Shown: one piece after another, positions 61,144 through 64,000 of the stretch
How positions within the stretch are numbered: the stretch's first letter is position 1
Layout: every line of letters starts with the position of its first letter
Assembly (NCBI GenBank): GCA_043228905.1
Contig: JBHGNT010000020.1
Span: forward strand, 10,292,001-10,356,000
DNA from: Azolla caroliniana
Taxonomy: Eukaryota > Plantae > Polypodiophyta
DNA: 64,000 bases
Reading direction: 5' to 3'
Made by a program: the position numbers and the translations under genes
Notes under the pieces: model-generated
The model's database searches: none
Told to the model about the DNA's origin: nothing
The model's input: only the letters and a program-made list of their open reading frames with translations

Positions 61144-63495
61144 ATGCAAGAAGCAGAGCCCTTCACTGGCTTGGAAAACCTCTCTCCCTTGGAGAGTGCC
61201 CGTGCCCAAAAGCTCGTCTTTCCCCATGGGTTTAGAGGGATCAAAAGGATTCCATTGGATCAAAACGAAGATTTCGGGCTTGGCCTGGATATCGTTATGA
61301 ACCCGTCTCTCAACCTAGAGACTCCCCAAAAGCTTCTATTTTCTGACAGATTCATAGGGATCAAAAGGATATGTATTGACAGAAACGAAGATTCGAAAAG
61401 TGGGATTCGATCCCATTCCAATAATGGGTTAGGGTTACATTTGGATCTTGACCTGGATCTTGATCTCACCAGTGGAGGAAGCATAGAGATGAAAGGCACA
61501 GAAAATGAGTCTTTTGCCAATCTTCTAAAGTTTTATTTTATGTTTAAATCAGCAGAATTTGCCTCTGATACGGATGTTTCAAAGCCTTTGTTGATGCATC
61601 TAAGATCAGGTGAGTATTATCCACTTAAACCAGATTTTAGTTTGCAATGTTCTTCTTTGGTAGTGGATAGTAACCTAGAAAGTAGAATGAAAATATTGGA
61701 TACAGAGTCACAATGTAATGGGTCTAGGAGGTTCGACTATGTGATGAAGTCACGATGTAGTGGATCAACAAGGTTTGATGGCGTGATTGAGTCAAATCAA
61801 AATCAGTATTTGTCTGATCTATATCAAAATGTGGACAATTCCTCTTTAGGACTTGATAATAACCAGAAAATTCCGAGGATATTTGACAATGTTAGAATAT
61901 CAAGTCGAACTCAGAATCTGACTGATCTGAATTGGGATGTAGATGGTCAAGGTGTAGCTGTGAAGTCACATTATGATGGGGCAAGAAGTTTTGACCATGT
62001 TAATTCAAATCAAACCCAAAGTTCACTTCGAGGGTTGTACGATGAAGGCAAAGATACGGTAGAGGGTTTTTCTATGGATTCACCATTTGGTTTGTCAAGG
62101 AGGTTTGACTATGTGAAGAAGTCAAGCTCAGACGAGAATTCAATTCAAGATGTCAACAGGGAAGAGGTGACTATGGTAGAGGGTCTGGATATGGAGTCAC
62201 AATTTGGTGAGGTAAGGAGGTTTGACTATGTAACAAAATCAAATCAAATGAGTAATTCATCTCAAAATGTAAGCGATGAAGAAGTAGCTACTGTAAAGGT
62301 TTCCGATAGGGAGTTACAATGTGATGGGTCAAGGGTGCTTGAATTTGTCCAAATGTCAAGTCAAGTTCAGAATCAAGATCCAGATGTAGACAATGGCTTG
62401 GTTATGGAGTCACAAACTCGTAAGCCATGGAGGTTTGACTATGTGAATAAGTTAAGTCAAGCCTGTAATCCACAGGATCTGTATAGAGATCTCGATATTG
62501 AAGGAGTAAAAATGCTAGAGGGCTTGGGTATAGAGTCAGGATCTAGTTGGTCAAGGGTATTAGGGTATGCAAAGAATTCAAGTCAAGATCAGAATTCTTC
62601 AGACGAAGGGTCAACTTCTAACAGAAACTATGTGCTACCCGTATTTACTGATGATGCATTGAGTGGGGCTACATCTATTAGTAGGACATTTTGCAAAAGG
62701 TGTTGCTGGGGTCAAGAAAGTTTGATACACTCTAGAAAATGTTTCGATGATAATCTGTTGACTTATGTCAAAGAACCCTGTGATAGATATGCTAAAGGAA
62801 AATTGGGTCTTTGTGGATTGCACGGGGCTCTATTGGAGGATCGAAGAGTGCATGGAAGTGCTACTTTCGAGAGAGTAGGTTCACTGATGGGTGAAGCTTT
62901 CGAGTTGATAGACAAGAAAGAGAACTTTCTATCAATCTTTAAAGAAGGTCAACACTGTGATGGTGGTAATGATTGCAATGATCATAATGGTTGTGATGAT
63001 ATGATAGCCGGAAGCTTTAAAGGAGGTCAACATTGTGATGGTGGTAATGATTGCAATGATCATAACGATTGCGATGATATGATAGCCGGTGAGGAATATA
63101 TGTTTGAATCAAATTCACCTATGATAACTAGTGGAGAACAAGATGATATAGTTCAAGAGGATACTCAGCTTTCTCCTAAAGTAGCAATATTCTCATCAGA
63201 TCTTGGAGTACCTTACCAGATGTTGACCTTCGACACTTCATCACCTGGGGTCTCACTTAAGCAAGAAGGAATTCCAAGGGTAGGTTCTATTTTGAAGTCT
63301 CGTATTTCATCAGGTAATATACTCAGGCCTTCGGCCATGCAAAGGTATGCATCTCTTAGGAAAAGATCAGACTCTGGCCAAAAACACAAAGCCAATCTAG
63401 AGGAGGATGACAATATTTTTGATATGTCTTCTTTGGATCTACCAGATGAGAGAGTACATGGTGGCAACATAATGTCACTTCTAGGTGAAATGTGA
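61144..63495 (+). CDS. Divergent WRKY19-like zinc-finger (loricrin/hornerin-like, RVHGG-family) protein, 783 aa, intronless; no WRKY domain
   Basis: Long open frame with family motifs FCKRCCWGQ...PCDRYAKGKLGLCGLHGALLEDRRVHG and C-terminal LPDERVHGGNIMSLL; LxLxL stretch LGLHLDLDLDLDL; internal repeats. Confidence 0.75.
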   Translation: MQEAEPFTGLENLSPLESARAQKLVFPHGFRGIKRIPLDQNEDFGLGLDIVMNPSLNLETPQKLLFSDRFIGIKRICIDRNEDSKSGIRSHSNNGLGLHLDLDLDLDLTSGGSIEMKGTENESFANLLKFYFMFKSAEFASDTDVSKPLLMHLRSGEYYPLKPDFSLQCSSLVVDSNLESRMKILDTESQCNGSRRFDYVMKSRCSGSTRFDGVIESNQNQYLSDLYQNVDNSSLGLDNNQKIPRIFDNVRISSRTQNLTDLNWDVDGQGVAVKSHYDGARSFDHVNSNQTQSSLRGLYDEGKDTVEGFSMDSPFGLSRRFDYVKKSSSDENSIQDVNREEVTMVEGLDMESQFGEVRRFDYVTKSNQMSNSSQNVSDEEVATVKVSDRELQCDGSRVLEFVQMSSQVQNQDPDVDNGLVMESQTRKPWRFDYVNKLSQACNPQDLYRDLDIEGVKMLEGLGIESGSSWSRVLGYAKNSSQDQNSSDEGSTSNRNYVLPVFTDDALSGATSISRTFCKRCCWGQESLIHSRKCFDDNLLTYVKEPCDRYAKGKLGLCGLHGALLEDRRVHGSATFERVGSLMGEAFELIDKKENFLSIFKEGQHCDGGNDCNDHNGCDDMIAGSFKGGQHCDGGNDCNDHNDCDDMIAGEEYMFESNSPMITSGEQDDIVQEDTQLSPKVAIFSSDLGVPYQMLTFDTSSPGVSLKQEGIPRVGSILKSRISSGNILRPSAMQRYASLRKRSDSGQKHKANLEEDDNIFDMSSLDLPDERVHGGNIMSLLGEM

Positions 63496-64000
63496 GGTCT
63501 CAAGAGCGTTAAACAACATTGCGTACCCACATCTGACTCATAGAATGTTAAATGTCAACTAGTTTTGTGGTTTTTGATGTGAATAGAGCTATGTACATAC
63601 TTTTTATGTTCTCTTAATGGGAAATTTTGGTAAGCCAACTTTCCCCGTTCGAACATTGTAAGAAGGGCGCAAGAGCTTTGTAGTAACGGTATGGGATATC
63701 TTAATTAGGAGTAAAGCTTTGAATATTGCTATTTGAAGAAGTGAACGGACATCTTGTTGAGATTATTGAGATTGGGTTCACCATATTGACACCTTTTATA
63801 GATAAAATGTTGAAAAAAAAACATGTATTCACGGGGCATGGTTAGGGGAGGGTTAGATGGCAAAAGCATGTCTGTGTGGGATTGGTTCAAACTCCACTAG
63901 GTCTAAAATTTATGACGTTTTCATGGGTCGGATTAGGGCAAGATGAATGTGGAGGTAGGCAGCTGAACCACAAGATTCCAGTACAACCCACGAGTAATTT

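Noticed and set aside
7838-63495. Functional gene cluster of PPR, CHI, CK2-beta and the WRKY19-like gene
   Set aside because: Unrelated functions, ordinary spacing, and no second flavonoid enzyme in the window.

Overview
Plant nuclear DNA. The gene models and transposon families suggest a fern or other non-seed vascular plant; this is inferred, not proven. Four host genes are supported: an intronless P-class PPR gene (+, 7838-9781), a 5-exon chalcone isomerase (-, 19301-15701) whose ATG appears split by intron 1, a casein kinase II beta subunit (+, 53339-57223) with a U12-type last intron, and an intronless 783-aa divergent WRKY19-like (RVHGG-family) protein (+, 61144-63495) containing about 9 copies of an unfamiliar RRFDYV repeat. 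CHI and CK2-beta are separated by a ~27-kb nest of transposons. It includes a near-intact chromovirus (28579-35597; CTTAC TSD; TG...TA LTR ends) inserted in the gag of a gag-only Ty3 element, copia remnants, a solo LTR with TSD, an Athila/Tat-type integrase plus extra ORF, and an L1 LINE with an unexplained ORF1 extension. Three small hAT-type elements have 8-bp TSDs, and there are several satellites. I found no CRISPR, rRNA or tRNA. I see no convincing new multi-gene system; the best novelty candidates are the repeat-remodelled WRKY19-like protein, the CHI with atypical active-site residues, and the LINE ORF1 extension. All coordinates and translations were read by eye and may be off by a few bases.
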